NCBI RefSeq assembly: GCF_006345805.1
Contig: NC_043010.1
Span: 47,058,001 to 47,122,000, forward strand
Direction: 5' to 3'
Source: Octopus sinensis
Taxonomy: Eukaryota
Length of the DNA stretch: 64,000 nucleotides
The notes under the pieces were generated by a model. That model worked only from the letters and a program-made list of their open reading frames with translations. It ran no database searches and was not told the origin of the DNA. A program made the position numbers and the translations under genes. Shown one piece after another: positions 22,804 to 35,518 of the stretch (position 1 is its first letter; the number at the start of each line of letters is the position of its first letter).

Positions 22804-24529
22804 ATACAAAAGTGAAGTAAATTATTATTGTCCTTCCTACTATAGGCACAAGGTCTGAAATTTTGGAGGAAGAAGCTAACCAATTACATTGACTGGTACT
22901 TATTTTATCGACACCAAAAGGATGAGAGCAAAGTTGATCTTGGTGGAATTTGAACTCACAATGTAAAGATGGATGAAATGCTAACGATCCTGCCAGCTTG
23001 CCACCTTAACAATAATAGTAATGGTTTCAAATTTTGGCACAAGGCCAGCAATTTCAGGAGAGGTGTTGAGTCAAAGGTGAATTTCTCTTTTTAGATCTTG
23101 CTTGTATTCAGCATGGACTCTCTTTTCCTTTCTTTCCCCCCCCTTTCTCTGTTGTCCTCAACAGTTTGTCACTTTTATCTAGTCTCCATTAATCTCTTCA
23201 TACTCACAAGACAATGGGGTAGTCCTAGTGTAAAAGGACACCATAGCTTCCTTATCAATAGCTCCTGGCACTGAAGATGATTTTTATTGTTTTCCTCAAA
23301 ACATCCCTGTAACTTAGCAGTTCAGCAAAAGTGACTAACAGAATAAGTAACAGACTTAAAACAAAAACAAGTACTGGGGTTGATCTGTTTAACAAAACCC
23401 TTCAAAGAGGTGCCCCAGCAGGGCCACAGCCCAGTGATTGAAATAAGTAAAAGATAAAAGATGAAAGATATTCCACAATCAAAAAGAAAAATGCAAACCA
23501 AAAACATTATCACAACAAATCAGCTAGATAAATACAAGGACATTGAAACAGATGTAAGCACACTGTAGAAGTATGAAAGTGAAAGTGAAACTAACAATAA
23601 TTTGTTCAGACAGTGGAATGTTTTAATTATGCAGTAATTTCTAGTAAATCTAGTAAGGAGACTGCTGTTTTCTCCCTTCTCTATAATGAAAGACATACAT
23701 TTGAAAGTTAGATTTCTTCATTACTATCATCATTGGTATTGTCATCATCATCATCTAACGTCCACTTTTCTATGCTGGCATGGGATGGACAGTATAAAAC
23801 AATATTCCACTGTTTGAAGTATTTGCATTACTTTTTGCTGATGTAGAAAATAACTAGTTTCTATAGGTTTTACAGCTTTACTACAAAATAACAATTGATG
23901 TAGTAGGCACAATAAAAAGGAATCGAAACAAAATAAAACCAATACCTTTGTAGAGCTCACAGCTTTACACATGATTCTCAAAATAATTATAAAACACAGC
24001 ACTTATTTTATGTAGAACCACTTTCAGTTCAGGAACACAAATTTCTCACAATACTATAAAAGATTGTCCATCATCATCATCACCATCATTTAATGTCTGT
24101 TTTCCATGCTGGTATGGGTTGGGCAGTTTGACCAGAGCTGTTGAGGCCAAGGGCTGCATCAGGCTCCAATGTCTGTTCTGGCATGGTTTCTACAGCTGGA
24201 TGCCCTTCCTAACACCAGTCACACTACAGAGTGTACTGGGTGCTTTTAATGTGGCCCCAGGATGAGTGCTTTTTATGTGGCATCAGCAATGTATCAATTC
24301 TGCTGTTGGTGGGCAGGTCTTCTTGACTACAGCAATGCATCAAAAACACTAAAAACAACAGAACAAGGAACAACAAACAAAACCAACAACACAACACATT
24401 AAATATAAACAATTCATGCCTCACTCCCAGATATACTATAACACTTAGTGTTCATACACACAGATGTTGCAGTGAAAAACTCATATAAAAACTGAAATAA
24501 TAATATAATAATAATAATCATTATCTCAC

Positions 24530-24578
24530 CAGTTGGCGTGATTTGCTTTTCACATGTTCTCGAGCTTCTTTAGAAAGT
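24530..24578 (-). CDS. CHMP7: CHMP7 coding exon 6: (R)LSKEAREHVKSKSRQL
   Basis: cttttcag/GTGAGA, 49 nt, phase 2-0. Matches RCKEEARRACRAGKKQL. Confidence 0.9.
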
Positions 24579-25182
24579 CTGAAAAGATAAGTAAAATAAA
24601 AGATTATCTTATTTCATATTAAATTCAATGCAACAAATGCTGTATTTGCCAGTATACAAGTCAAATTTTTCTTCCTGAAATTTACAGTTAAAAAAGTTAG
24701 ATCAACTTATAGACCAAGATGGCTTTGGCAGACCTAAATTTCCATATAAAATATAGCAGGATTTGGAAAGATAGAGACATGTTTGTACTATATAACACAT
24801 CAACTTGCATGCTGAAAAATACGGCAAACAATTCTGAGACAATACAACAGTATACTTACAACTGGGATTTCTCTCTTTTATCAACAAAATAATCCTCTCT
24901 GTTATAAGTGCTGGTGTTATTATTTATGGGCAAAGACGTTGTTGATGTGGATGCAAAAATCTTGACAGGCTAGCTTGAACTGACTAATGGCATAGAGGTA
25001 GTCAATCCAGTGATTAACAGACGTTCGTAGGTCTTACACCTGCATATATGTTGACTTTTAATTTAGTTTGAGTTCATGCAGTGTTTGTTTGTCTGAAGAT
25101 ACAGAATAGCACTCAAGACATATGTCTAGGCTTGTTTCCCAACCACATGATTTCAGGTTCAGTCCTACTGTGTAGCACCTTG

Positions 25183-25416
25183 GGCAACTGCCTTCTACTA
25201 TAGCCTTGGGTCGACCAAAGCTTTATGAGTGGATTTGGTAGATGGAAACTGAAAGAAGTCTGGCAACTGCCTTCCACTATAGCCTTAAGTCGACCAAAGC
25301 TTTATGAGTGGATTTGGTCGATGGAAACTGAAAGAAGTCTGGCAACTGCCTTCCACTATAGCCTTAAGTCGACTAAAGCTTTATGAGTGGATTTGGTAGA
25401 TGGAAACTGAAAGAAG
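25183..25416 (+). repeat. 79-bp unit x3 inside a SINE family B copy
   Basis: ggcaactgcctt.cactatagcctt...ggaaactgaaagaag starts at 25183, 25262 and 25341. Confidence 0.9.
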
Positions 25417-26372
25417 CCGTAGTAAATATGCGTATGTGTGTGTGTCTTTGTGCCTGCGCTTGTCTCCCATGTCATTTGACAACAAGTGCTGGGGTGTTAA
25501 TCCCTGTAACTTAGCAGTTCAGTAAAAGAGACTGACAGAGTAAGTACCAAACTTGAAAGAAAAAAATACTGGCGTTGATTCATTCAACTAAAAATTCTTC
25601 AAGCCAGTGCCCCAGCATGGACGTAGTCTAACGACTGAAACCAGTAAAAGATAAAAAATATACATTTGAAAGCTGTACTAAATGCAAAAATGTTTACATT
25701 GAAGATAGTCACTGTACATGTGGTAGATGCCTGGTAATTTTAAGACTTAGTGATTCATCGGATATGTTGTTGACCTAATACAAAAGTGTTTCTTACTGTG
25801 AATATGACTTACTGTGTGTATTAGTGTTTTGCAATTGTAAGAGAGAAAATATTCATAAAAATGATATTATAGTATCATTTTGTAGCGTTTCTAAAGAGTT
25901 ATACACAAATATTTGCAGCAGCTGATAGGTTAGAATACACTGCAACTATAGTGAAAGCTGTAACCATAATAAGAATTAACAAGAAAATTTCTATGCCCTT
26001 ATCTCTGTAGTTACTCAACCTACTCAAAGTAGTAATCAAATGGCTGCTAAAAAAACCTCTTCTTCATGTCTAAAATGTAAAATCATATCCTCAAGACAGA
26101 ATATACTAACAGAGATGTAGGGTGGTGAGAAATCAGTTAGATGTTTGATTAAACTATATTGTGGAATTATTTCTTAGTGAGCACTCTGTCTTCTTGATGG
26201 GTGCAATATATTTTCACTGCTATACTCTACAAAAGCTATCATTGTTTGTATACTGCTGCTTGTGTGTGTGTGTGTGTGTATGTGTGCATGCACATGTATA
26301 TATGCACAAATATTCATGTAGAAATATCTTTGGAGTATTTTCTGCAGATTATAATTGTAATGCCAGACTAAC

Positions 26373-26435
26373 CGTTTAATATCTTCAGTCAAAGTGTTCA
26401 CTTGTTTTCCCAATCGAATCTCAACACACTGTATC
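26373..26435 (-). CDS. CHMP7: CHMP7 coding exon 5: (Q)IQCVEIRLGKQVNTLTEDIK(R)
   Basis: tttttccacag/GTTAGT, 63 nt, phase 2-2. Aligns with [22 protein letters not shown]. Confidence 0.9.
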
Positions 26436-27792
26436 CTGTGGAAAAAGAAAAAAAAAAAGATATCAAATAGTGAATTAGGCACAGAAGTCTATATGTATAT
26501 ATATGTGTATGTATGTGTATGTGTATTTGTGTTTGTCCTCCCAACATCGCTTGACAACCGATGCTGGTATGTTTACGTCCCCGTAACTTAGCTGTTCGGC
26601 AAAAAAAACCGATAGAATAAGTACTAGGCTTACAAAGAATAAGTCCTGGGGTCAATTTGCTCGACTAAAGGTGGTGCTCCAGCATGGCCATAGTCAAATG
26701 ACTGAAACACGTAAAAGAGTAAAAGAATAGTAGATAGCAGTAAAATAGTGAAAAATCTTCAGTAATATGAAGGCTTCAACCAATCTTCCCTCACTTGAAT
26801 GGATTTGATCTTCAGACTGTAAATCCCAAATTAGTTTCTTGTTTCTTATTTCTTCTACTGGGTCATCTTTTCTTTAGTACCAGTGCTAAGAAAGGAGCTG
26901 TTCAGCTCCTGTGAAAAATATTGCACATAACCACAATATTAACTATTATAATCCACAACTCATAAATCATAAAGATTTAATCCATTTGTCCTTTGAGGGT
27001 GATATTTTCTTTCTGTTCTTATACCTGAGAGTAGGAAGGATGCCAGCTCCAGCTATTGTAAGATAGCTAAGTATTGCAGATAGATGTGAAATTATTGTAG
27101 TTATACAGGGGTTAGAAAGTTGGAGGTTGTGTCATAAAAAAAGTATAATTGTTACAAAGATAGTAACATAATGAAGCGTGAAATGATTGAAGACAAGGTG
27201 AGAAGAAAATAGAAACATCACATGAATAGTGATTCAAAAATATTTATTCTTGATTAATTTACTTTCATATAAAGTGTATGAAACTGAAGGACTTTAACCC
27301 AGGTTGCATATCATCATTGTTTTAATGTCCACTTTTCCATGCTTGCATGGATAGGACAGTTTATTATGGCAGATTTTTTATGGTCAGATGTCCTTCCTGT
27401 TGCCAACCCTTATCTCTTTTCAAGCAAGGTAATATTTCCCCATGGCCAGACATGTCTTTGTAGAAATCATTTACAACAATCATGTAATGTCAAGATGAAG
27501 CACAATCATTCACATATGCACACACACACATGTCCATCTGTCTCTCCATGTTGTACAAACTTTACTCACTTAAATCCAATGACATACGGATGTCTCACTA
27601 TCATTTCATTTCTTGATCCATTTTGTATTTTATAAAGTTCTACAACAATGGATGTGTGGCATGAAAGGTCATATCCACATACATCATATGCAGGAATGAA
27701 AGTAAATCAGAGCAATCAGACTGAATGTGAGAGGCTTACCATTTGACGAGATAAGGCAATCACCATTTGTATGTATATATGGATGGATTATG

Positions 27793-27838
<46 letters not shown>

Positions 27839-29082
27839 ATGCATGCACATGTATACATGCGTATTCACATTGATGTTTATGTCCCAGATGGAAAAAGTGA
27901 AAATAAAAACTGATTATGATAATGATGATGATTATTGAAGTGCACCTGAGCATTTGAAGTACACCTGGTTGTCGTCGTCATCATCATCACTGTTTAACGT
28001 CCATCTTCCATGCATGCATGGATAGGATGGATGACAGGAGCCAACCAGGTAGCAAAACTACCCTAGGCTACTGAGTCTGTTTTGGCAGGGATTTTACACC
28101 TGGATGCCCTTCCTAACACCAACCACTCCACGGAGTGGACTCAGTGATTTTACGTGGCACTAACACAGGTGAAGTTAGTTTTGGCATGATTTTTACAGCT
28201 GGATGCCCTTCCAAACACCAACCATGTTACAATGTGGACTGGATGCTTTTAATGTGGCACCAGTGCTGGCAGGGTAACCTAGTAACTCACAAGACAAGGA
28301 ATTATGAGATGGGTAGGACATTTAAGGAGGGGAACTTGTGTCAGAGGATGAAAGGTTAGAGTGTGACAAAGGGACAGAGAGACAGAAGCAGATGTCTTTC
28401 CACAACAGAGGCATTAGAGGCATTAGAGGGCATCTTGCCACAAAAGAGGAATCATCCAGTATCAAATGATGAAAGGTTAGAGTGTAATAGAGAAATAGGT
28501 GTCTTGCTATAGAAGACATACATGGTGTGAGAGAGAGAGAGAGTAAGAAACAGCAAAAGTTTAAGAGAGAGTAGAAGAGGGATGGTGTAGTGCTAGGGTA
28601 TACTCATAAGTAACAAGAATACAAGTGTTGAACCTGGTTAGAAAAATAGGGTGTGGGGAGCAAGTGAGGGCAAGAAAGGGGATTGGAAAACAATCACAAT
28701 TTATGAAGAGGAAATGTAAGGAAGAGGAGTTGTAGTTCGATTTCTTAGGGTAGAGTGGGTGAAAAGTGTGCTGTCACATGTGGGTGGAACACAACTCTTC
28801 TAGCACTATTTCATGGATGGGTCTTCTCTAGAACCTCATATCACCAAACATACTAAGATCAGTCCTCACCACTTCATTCCATGTTTTACAGTATACAATC
28901 ATCATCATCATCATCATCATCATCATTTAACGTCCGCTTTCCATGCTAGCATGGGTTGGACGGTTCAACTGGGGTCTGGGGAGCCCGAAGGCTGCACCAG
29001 GCCAGTCAGATCTGGCAGTGTTTCTACAGCTGGATGCCCTTCCTAATGCCAACCATTCCGAGAGTGTAGTGGGTGATTTTAT

Positions 29083-29535
29083 GTGCCACCGACACAGGTG
29101 CCAGATGAGGCTGCCGAACGGCCACACTCGGATGGTGTTTTTATGTGCCACCGACACAGGTGCCAGACGAAGCTGGCGAACGGCCACGCTCGGATGGTGT
29201 TTTTATGTGCCACCGACACAGGTCCCAGACAAGGCTAGCAGACGACCACGCTCGGATGGTGTTTTTATGTGCCACCGACACAGGTGCCAGACGAGGCTGG
29301 CGAACGGCCACGCTCGGATGGTGTTTTTATGTGCCACCGACACAGGTGCCAGACAAGGCTAGCAGACGACCACGCTCGGATGGTGTTTTTTTTTTGTGCC
29401 ACCAACACAGGAGCCAGATTAGGCTGGCGATCGGCCACGATTGGATGGTGATTGTTACGTGCCCACAGCATGGAGGCCAGTCGGTGCGGTACTGGCTACG
29501 GCCACGTTCGGATGGTTTTCTTGTGTGCCACTGGC
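29083..29535. repeat. 62-bp tandem array (5 near-perfect plus about 2 decayed units) inside an RTE 3'UTR-type element (28897-29580, minus strand)
   Basis: gtgccaccgacacaggtgccagac...cacgctcggatggtgtttttat starts at 29083, 29145, 29207, 29269, 29331 and 29396. Confidence 0.9.
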
Positions 29536-29688
29536 ACTGGTACCACAAAGATACAAATTCCATTGATGTTCATCTATTTTGATTTTAAGTTCATTATTAT
29601 ATTTTTTATATTCTCACATATTGTACAACAATGAATTTAACGACAATAAAAGGTTTAACAAAAGAAGGTGGAAGTTATCAGTACTTAC

Positions 29689-29759
29689 TGATATATCTTA
29701 AGATCTGTGCATTTGACAGGAGAAACGTTAACATTCTGGTTGTCAGTAAACTTGATTAA
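29689..29759 (-). CDS. CHMP7: CHMP7 coding exon 4: LIKFTDNQNVNVSPVKCTDLKIY(Q)
   Basis: gtctttcag/GTAAGT, 71 nt. Matches [24 protein letters not shown]. Confidence 0.92.
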
Positions 29760-31188
29760 CTGAAAGACAAGTAGATTGGAGTGAAATCATCCCAGGAATA
29801 TCATGACATCTGGGAGTATCAGGGCACCTGTTACCACAAAAATACAATCATAAAGATGCAGGGCAGTGAAAACATGAAATGTTGATGATGAATGAATAAT
29901 CATTAAAAAAAAATGTTAATTGTATATTAGGGTTACTCTGCTGTGGACTTAGAAAATCACATGTATTGAGTTTTAGTGAGCTGAAAAAATTTATTGAGCT
30001 TTTGATCATAAGATTTGTTATTTCTAGCCATTAGAGTAGTGGTTCTGAATTGGGGTTCAAATGGTCCTTGAGGGCCCATTTAAGATTTTGTTGTTAAAAG
30101 TTAACTCTAATTAATTGGTTATACTTCTACAATATACAATATTTTAATAATGATTTTTATACAATTCCTAATGATATTTAATTATAAAAATCTGATTGGA
30201 CTTTTTTAAAACATTGAATTAGTATGAGGGTCCATCTGAGTAAAATAGGAATCGAAGGGGTCCATAGGCAAAAAAAAAAAAAAAGAAGTTTGAGAAATAC
30301 TGCACTAGTGTCTTTGAGGTGTCTGACACAACAAAGGATGGATCTTTTAACCCTTTCGTTACTAACATGGCTGTAACCGGCTCTGGCTCTGTAATACAAA
30401 TGTCTTATTTTCATAAGTTTTGAATTAGAATCTTCCACCAAACCTTAGTTATAATTTATGTTCCTAACACTAGCTGAATGATAACTAAGTTATTTTACTA
30501 AATTCTTTGTTATATTTAAAGTAATTGAAAGAAACACAGACCATCTCAAAATAAATACAGTAATGAAAGGGTTAAATATGAAGTTTCTTGTTTCTAAGTT
30601 CAAATCTTGATAAATCCACCACCCCGCCCCACTAAAAACCCAAAGAAAATAACATGATTTTCAGCTACAGGGGCTGATTCCAAAATAAACAAAAGGCTTC
30701 TTTGTAAAGAGATTTTATGTCATTGCAAAACCTTTTTCTGCTTAGATAGACAATTTTCAGTTTATAGTGGACTTGAGATAAAATTTCTAAAAATGACAGT
30801 TCGTATAACACTTGACTGTTTCTGCAGATGAAAGAAAAATAAAGAGTTGTTTCTTAAGTGACATGATGTGATGTGATGTATACACATATATTTATGAATA
30901 CATAAATAGGGGATTGTAGATATGTAAGAGTAAAAGTGAAAATGAGTGAAAATATGAGAGAGAGTGAGAGATAAATAAAGATAAAAGAATTGCAAGAGTT
31001 ATGTAGAAATTTTCTAAATGAAGAATATGAAAGGGACAAGAAAAGTGAATTGTTTTAATTAAATTCAAACCAAAAAAAGAAAAGCCAATTAGATTATTAT
31101 AATTAAAATAAGTATCAGTTAAATATTGGTTTCAAATTTTGGTACAAGGCCAGTGATTCCTGGAGAAGGAGAAAGTTGATGAAATTGA

Positions 31189-32434
31189 CCCCAATATTCA
31201 ACTAGTACTTATTTTATCGACCCCAGTGCTCAACTGGTACTTATTTTATCTACCCCAGTGCTCAACTGGTACTTATTTTATAGACCCCAGTGTCCAACTG
31301 GTACTTATTTTATCGACCCCAGTGCTCAACTGGTACTTATTTTATCAACTCCAGTGCTCAACTGGTACTTATTTTATCAACCCCAGTGCTCAACTGGTAC
31401 TTATTTTATCAACCCCAGTGCTCAACTGGTACTTATTTTATCAACCCCAGTGCTCAACTGGAACTTATTTTATCAACCCCAGTGCTCAACTGGTACTTAT
31501 TTTATCAACCCCAGTGCTCAACTGGTACTTATTTTATCAACCCCAGTGCTCAACTGGAACTTATTTTATCGACCCCAGTGCTCAACTGGTACTTATTTTA
31601 TCGACCCCAGTGCTCAACTGGTACTTATTTTATCGACCCCAGTGCTCAACTGGTACTTATTTTATCAACCCGTGCTCAACTGGTACTTATTTTGTCAACC
31701 CCAGTGCTCAACTGGTACTTATTTTGTCAACCCCAGTGCTCAACTGGTACTTATTTTGTCAACCCCAGTGCTCAACTGGTACTTATTTTGTCAACCCCAG
31801 TGCTCAACTGGTACTTATTTTGTCAACCCCAGTGCTCAACTGGTACTTATTTTGTCAACCCCAGTGCTCAACTGGTACTTATTTTGTCAACCCCAGTGCT
31901 CAACTGGTACTTATTTTGTCAACCCCAGTGCTCAACTGGTACTTATTTTGTCAACCCCAGTGCTCAACTGGTACTTATTTTGTCAACCCCAGTGCTCAAC
32001 TGGTACTTATTTTGTCAACCCCAGTGCTCAACTGGTACTTATTTTGTCAACCCCAGTGCTCAACTGGTACTTATTTTGTCAACCCCAGTGCTCAACTGGT
32101 ACTTATTTTGTCAACCCCAGTGCTCAACTGGTACTTATTTTGTCAACCCCAGTGCTCAACTGGTACTTATTTTGTCAACCCCAGTGCTCAACTGGTACTT
32201 ATTTTGTCAACCCCAGTGCTCAACTGGTACTTATTTTGTCAACCCCAGTGCTCAACTGGTACTTATTTTGTCAACCCCAGTGCTCAACTGGTACTTATTT
32301 TATCAACCCCAGTGCTCAACTGGTACTTATTTTATCAACCCCAGTGCTCAACTGGTACTTATTTTATCAACCCCAGTGTTCAACTGGTACTTATTTTATC
32401 AACCCCAGTGCTCAACTGGTACTTATTTTGTCAA
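31189..32434. repeat. 32-bp minisatellite x39 (CCCCAGTGCTCAACTGGTACTTATTTTRTCAA) embedded in a minus-strand SINE family A copy (about 31125-32550)
   Basis: Exact 32-bp period with one 2-nt deletion near 31670. SINE sequence resumes in register on both sides. Confidence 0.97.
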
Positions 32435-32908
32435 CACCAAAAGGATGAAAAGCAAAGTTAATCTCAGTGGAATTGATAGACACAAAGATAGACAAAATGC
32501 TGCTAAGCATTTTTCCAGGTGCGTTAATGATTCTACCAGCTTGCTGCCTTGAATCAGTCAAATATTGGAGTCAATTCAATCAATTGCAGGACTTGACAAA
32601 ACCTCTCCCCTTAAATTTCTGGCCTGGTATCTATGTTTTGGAAAAATTAATATTATTGTTTTATATCTTTCTTATCTTGATAATTGTGATCAATGATTTC
32701 AGATTATAACAAAGTTATCTATAATTAGACAACTTTATTATGATCTTAAATCAAGATAAGAAAGATATTAAAAAATAAAAAGAATTAATAAAAAAAATTA
32801 CCTCCACCCAAAAAAAACAAACAAACAGGCAAAAAAAAAAAAGACAAACATTGCAGATCATCAGAAGAATTACATACTATCAAAATGAATGAGATATAGT
32901 GAACATAC

Positions 32909-33106
32909 AGGATTTTTGTTGTTTCCCTGAGGTATTAAGAGAGCCTTCTGCTGTTTAACTAAATAGGACACTAGCAATGGCACTTCTCTCTTGTCCTTGA
33001 ACAGATCAGCATGTTGTTCCACCAGACTATTGTAATCTATAATGTCACTCTCCTGGTGAGTTCGCACGCGTTCTAAGTGAATGCTTAACAGCTGCTCTGC
33101 TTTCTT
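32909..33106 (-). CDS. CHMP7: CHMP7 coding exon 3: KKAEQLLSIHLERVRTHQESDIIDYNSLVEQHADLFKDKREVPLLVSYLVKQQKALLIPQGNNKNP
   Basis: aattgcag/GTATGT, 198 nt, phase 0-0. Corresponds to the second winged-helix region (KEKAEEV...LQKEKRV). Confidence 0.9.
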
Positions 33107-34244
33107 CTGCAATTAGATATTTCAACAACACTAACTTTGGTAGAAAGCATATAAATAAACACACGATAGACTTAAAAACAAAAACAAAAACAAAAAAAAA
33201 CCTGCATACATATATGCATTTTAACAGTTTATTTTGTACTTTTATACAAACCTAGAATGATAAAACTTTTATTCTACTCTCTCTTTCACACACACACTTA
33301 AGAAATTGATAGTTCTGGATATTTTACATATAACAATATTTATCTAATGTCAACTGATGAATTTAAATTTTTTTTTGAATTATGAAGAGTAAAAAAAATA
33401 TTTTTAATAATATATTTGATATAGACATCCAAATGGTGATATTGCAAAGGTTTATATAGAAATTCTCTTTTTTTATTTCTAGTTAGAAAAAACAACAACA
33501 AAAAACAAAAGAGCTAAACATTTCCTATTTCTTTACTACCCACAAGGAGCTAAACACAGAGGACAAACAAGGATAGACAAACGGATTAAGTCGATTATAT
33601 CAACCCCAGTGCATAACTGGTACTTATTTAATCGACCCTGAAAGGATGAAAGGCAAAGTCAACCTCGGCGGAATTTGAACTCAGAACATAGTGGCAGATG
33701 AAATACTGCTAAGCATTTTACTTGGCGTGCTAACGTTTCTGCCAGCTTGCCAAGCTAAACATTTCCAACATACACTATTGCACTTTTGGTTAATCAACCT
33801 GTTAACAAAGGGATACAACAATATAATAAACAACAACAATAACAACAGTATAGTAAAGTTATGAAGATTACCTGAAGCTGATCATGCAAATAGAAACTAA
33901 AAAATATTTGTTTTTAAATTACATACTATGCGTCTTTATTGTAGTAGGCAAGGGCCATGATGACTAAATGGAGAAGGTGTTTGCCTCTTATTGAAGAAGT
34001 GAATATTGCTCTGAGATGTGACCCATCAAACCACTGAACATATACTGCTCTTTACATATATATATGATAGATCGTTGGCCACTACACACATTGTTTTTCT
34101 CTCCTTGTTTTTTCTGTGTCCCTTTTTGTAGAAGAGCGTAGGCTCGAAACATAAAAGACTTTTTCTATTCCTGAGCGTTATACTAATACATCTGTTTGCT
34201 TTGTACACCACCCGTCTTTGTCTTTTGTTTTTTTCGTAAACTCT

Positions 34245-34292
<48 letters not shown>

Positions 34293-34837
34293 ATCTAAAT
34301 TGAGGGAATGGAGTAGGTAAAATTCAGGCTACATATGTTTCCTAACTAGCAAGAGATTAACCCTGTGAGTTAACTTGGAATCCTTTGATGACAATTTAAT
34401 CTTCATTTAATTAAGGTATTGTCAACCTGATGAGTAGCTAGTGGAGTACCCCTCATTGAGTAAATATTACTTCTGAAGTTCTGCTGGCTAGGAAACGCAT
34501 GTAGCCTGGATTTTACCTGCTCCATTCCCTCAATTTGGATTTCTATTCGCATACATAGCAACCCTAGTTGCTAACCATGAACTATTTTATACCTTCTACA
34601 GGCTGCTTGAAGCTTACTAACTCCCTACACCTGGATCCTTGGATCTTACATTTCCATATTGTTCTATATATCAGTAGCCACTACACTCATTTTTTTTCTC
34701 TCTTTGTTTCTTTCTGTGTTCCTTTCGTAGAAGAGCATAGGCTCGAAACATAAAAGACTTTTTCAATTCCTGAGCGTCATACATCTGTTTGTTTTCTACA
34801 CCACCTGTCTTCGTCTTTCGTTTTTTTCATGAATTCT

Positions 34838-34912
<75 letters not shown>

Positions 34913-34918
34913 TGCACA

Positions 34919-35131
34919 CACAAAAGGGTGCTGAAATTTTCCTGGCTTTGGGTAAAATAAAATACAGGAGGATCAGTTGTTTATCATTTTATTCAGCACA
35001 TTCCCCTCACAGGCTTATTGCAGCAGTCCTTCAGGTTTTCTAAGCCTTGTAAAAGAACTCAGAAGGTTGGGCCTCCAACCAGGCCTTTTGCAATACCTTT
35101 AAAGCCAGGAACCTGTCAGCACCCCCTTGTA
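34919..35131. mobile_element. Mariner/Tc1-type MITE; second copy at 59953-60175, partial copy near 19085-19180
   Basis: TIRs (ta)cgagggg.tgctgaaaagttcctgg / ccaggaacttttcagcaccc..tcgta with a flanking TA, and a shared interior (ggttgggcctccaacc). Confidence 0.75.
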
Positions 35132-35355
35132 TATCTATAAGAAGTAAAAGGGATTAATAAATCCCAGTGATATCAATAAAGCACTCAGTGTAAAACGAAT
35201 TTGGTTAATTATACCCAACAATCAAACACCAATAAATGCAAGTGGAATTAACATCCAAAGTAATTCTTCATGTATGACAAGTAACTCTAAATATCACTTA
35301 GAAGAATTTCAAGAAATTCAGAGAATAAGACAATAAGAATATGAATGGAGAAAAT

Positions 35356-35433
35356 TGATAATGTCACTCTCTTGGAGAGTTAGCATGCATTCTAAATGAA
35401 GGCTTAAGAGCTGCTCTCCTTTCTTCTGCAATT
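35356..35433 (-). pseudogene. Decayed partial duplicate of the 5' part of CHMP7 exon 3, including its acceptor
   Basis: ttgcag|AAG AAA GGA GAG CAG CTC TTA AGC CTT CAT TTA GAA TGC ATG CTA ACT CTC CAA GAG AGT GAC ATT ATC AAT versus the true exon: 11 differences in 72 nt, no indels. Confidence 0.85.
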
Positions 35434-35476
35434 AATCAACAATTAGGGAAGTGATTTTCTCCATTCTTATTCTTCC

Positions 35477-35518
<42 letters not shown>

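Noticed and set aside
28927-29634. Several Cys/His/Arg-rich ORFs
   Set aside because: Products of the 62-bp tandem array.
31226-32552. Three overlapping ORFs of about 400 aa, and a superficially CRISPR-like 32-bp repeat
   Set aside because: The ORFs arise from a stop-free 32-bp unit cycling through frames. There are no spacers and no cas genes, and the context is a eukaryotic intron within a SINE.
35356-35433. Exon 3 copy as an editing-complementary sequence for recoding
   Set aside because: It is a direct, not inverted, copy and cannot base-pair with exon 3 in the pre-mRNA.
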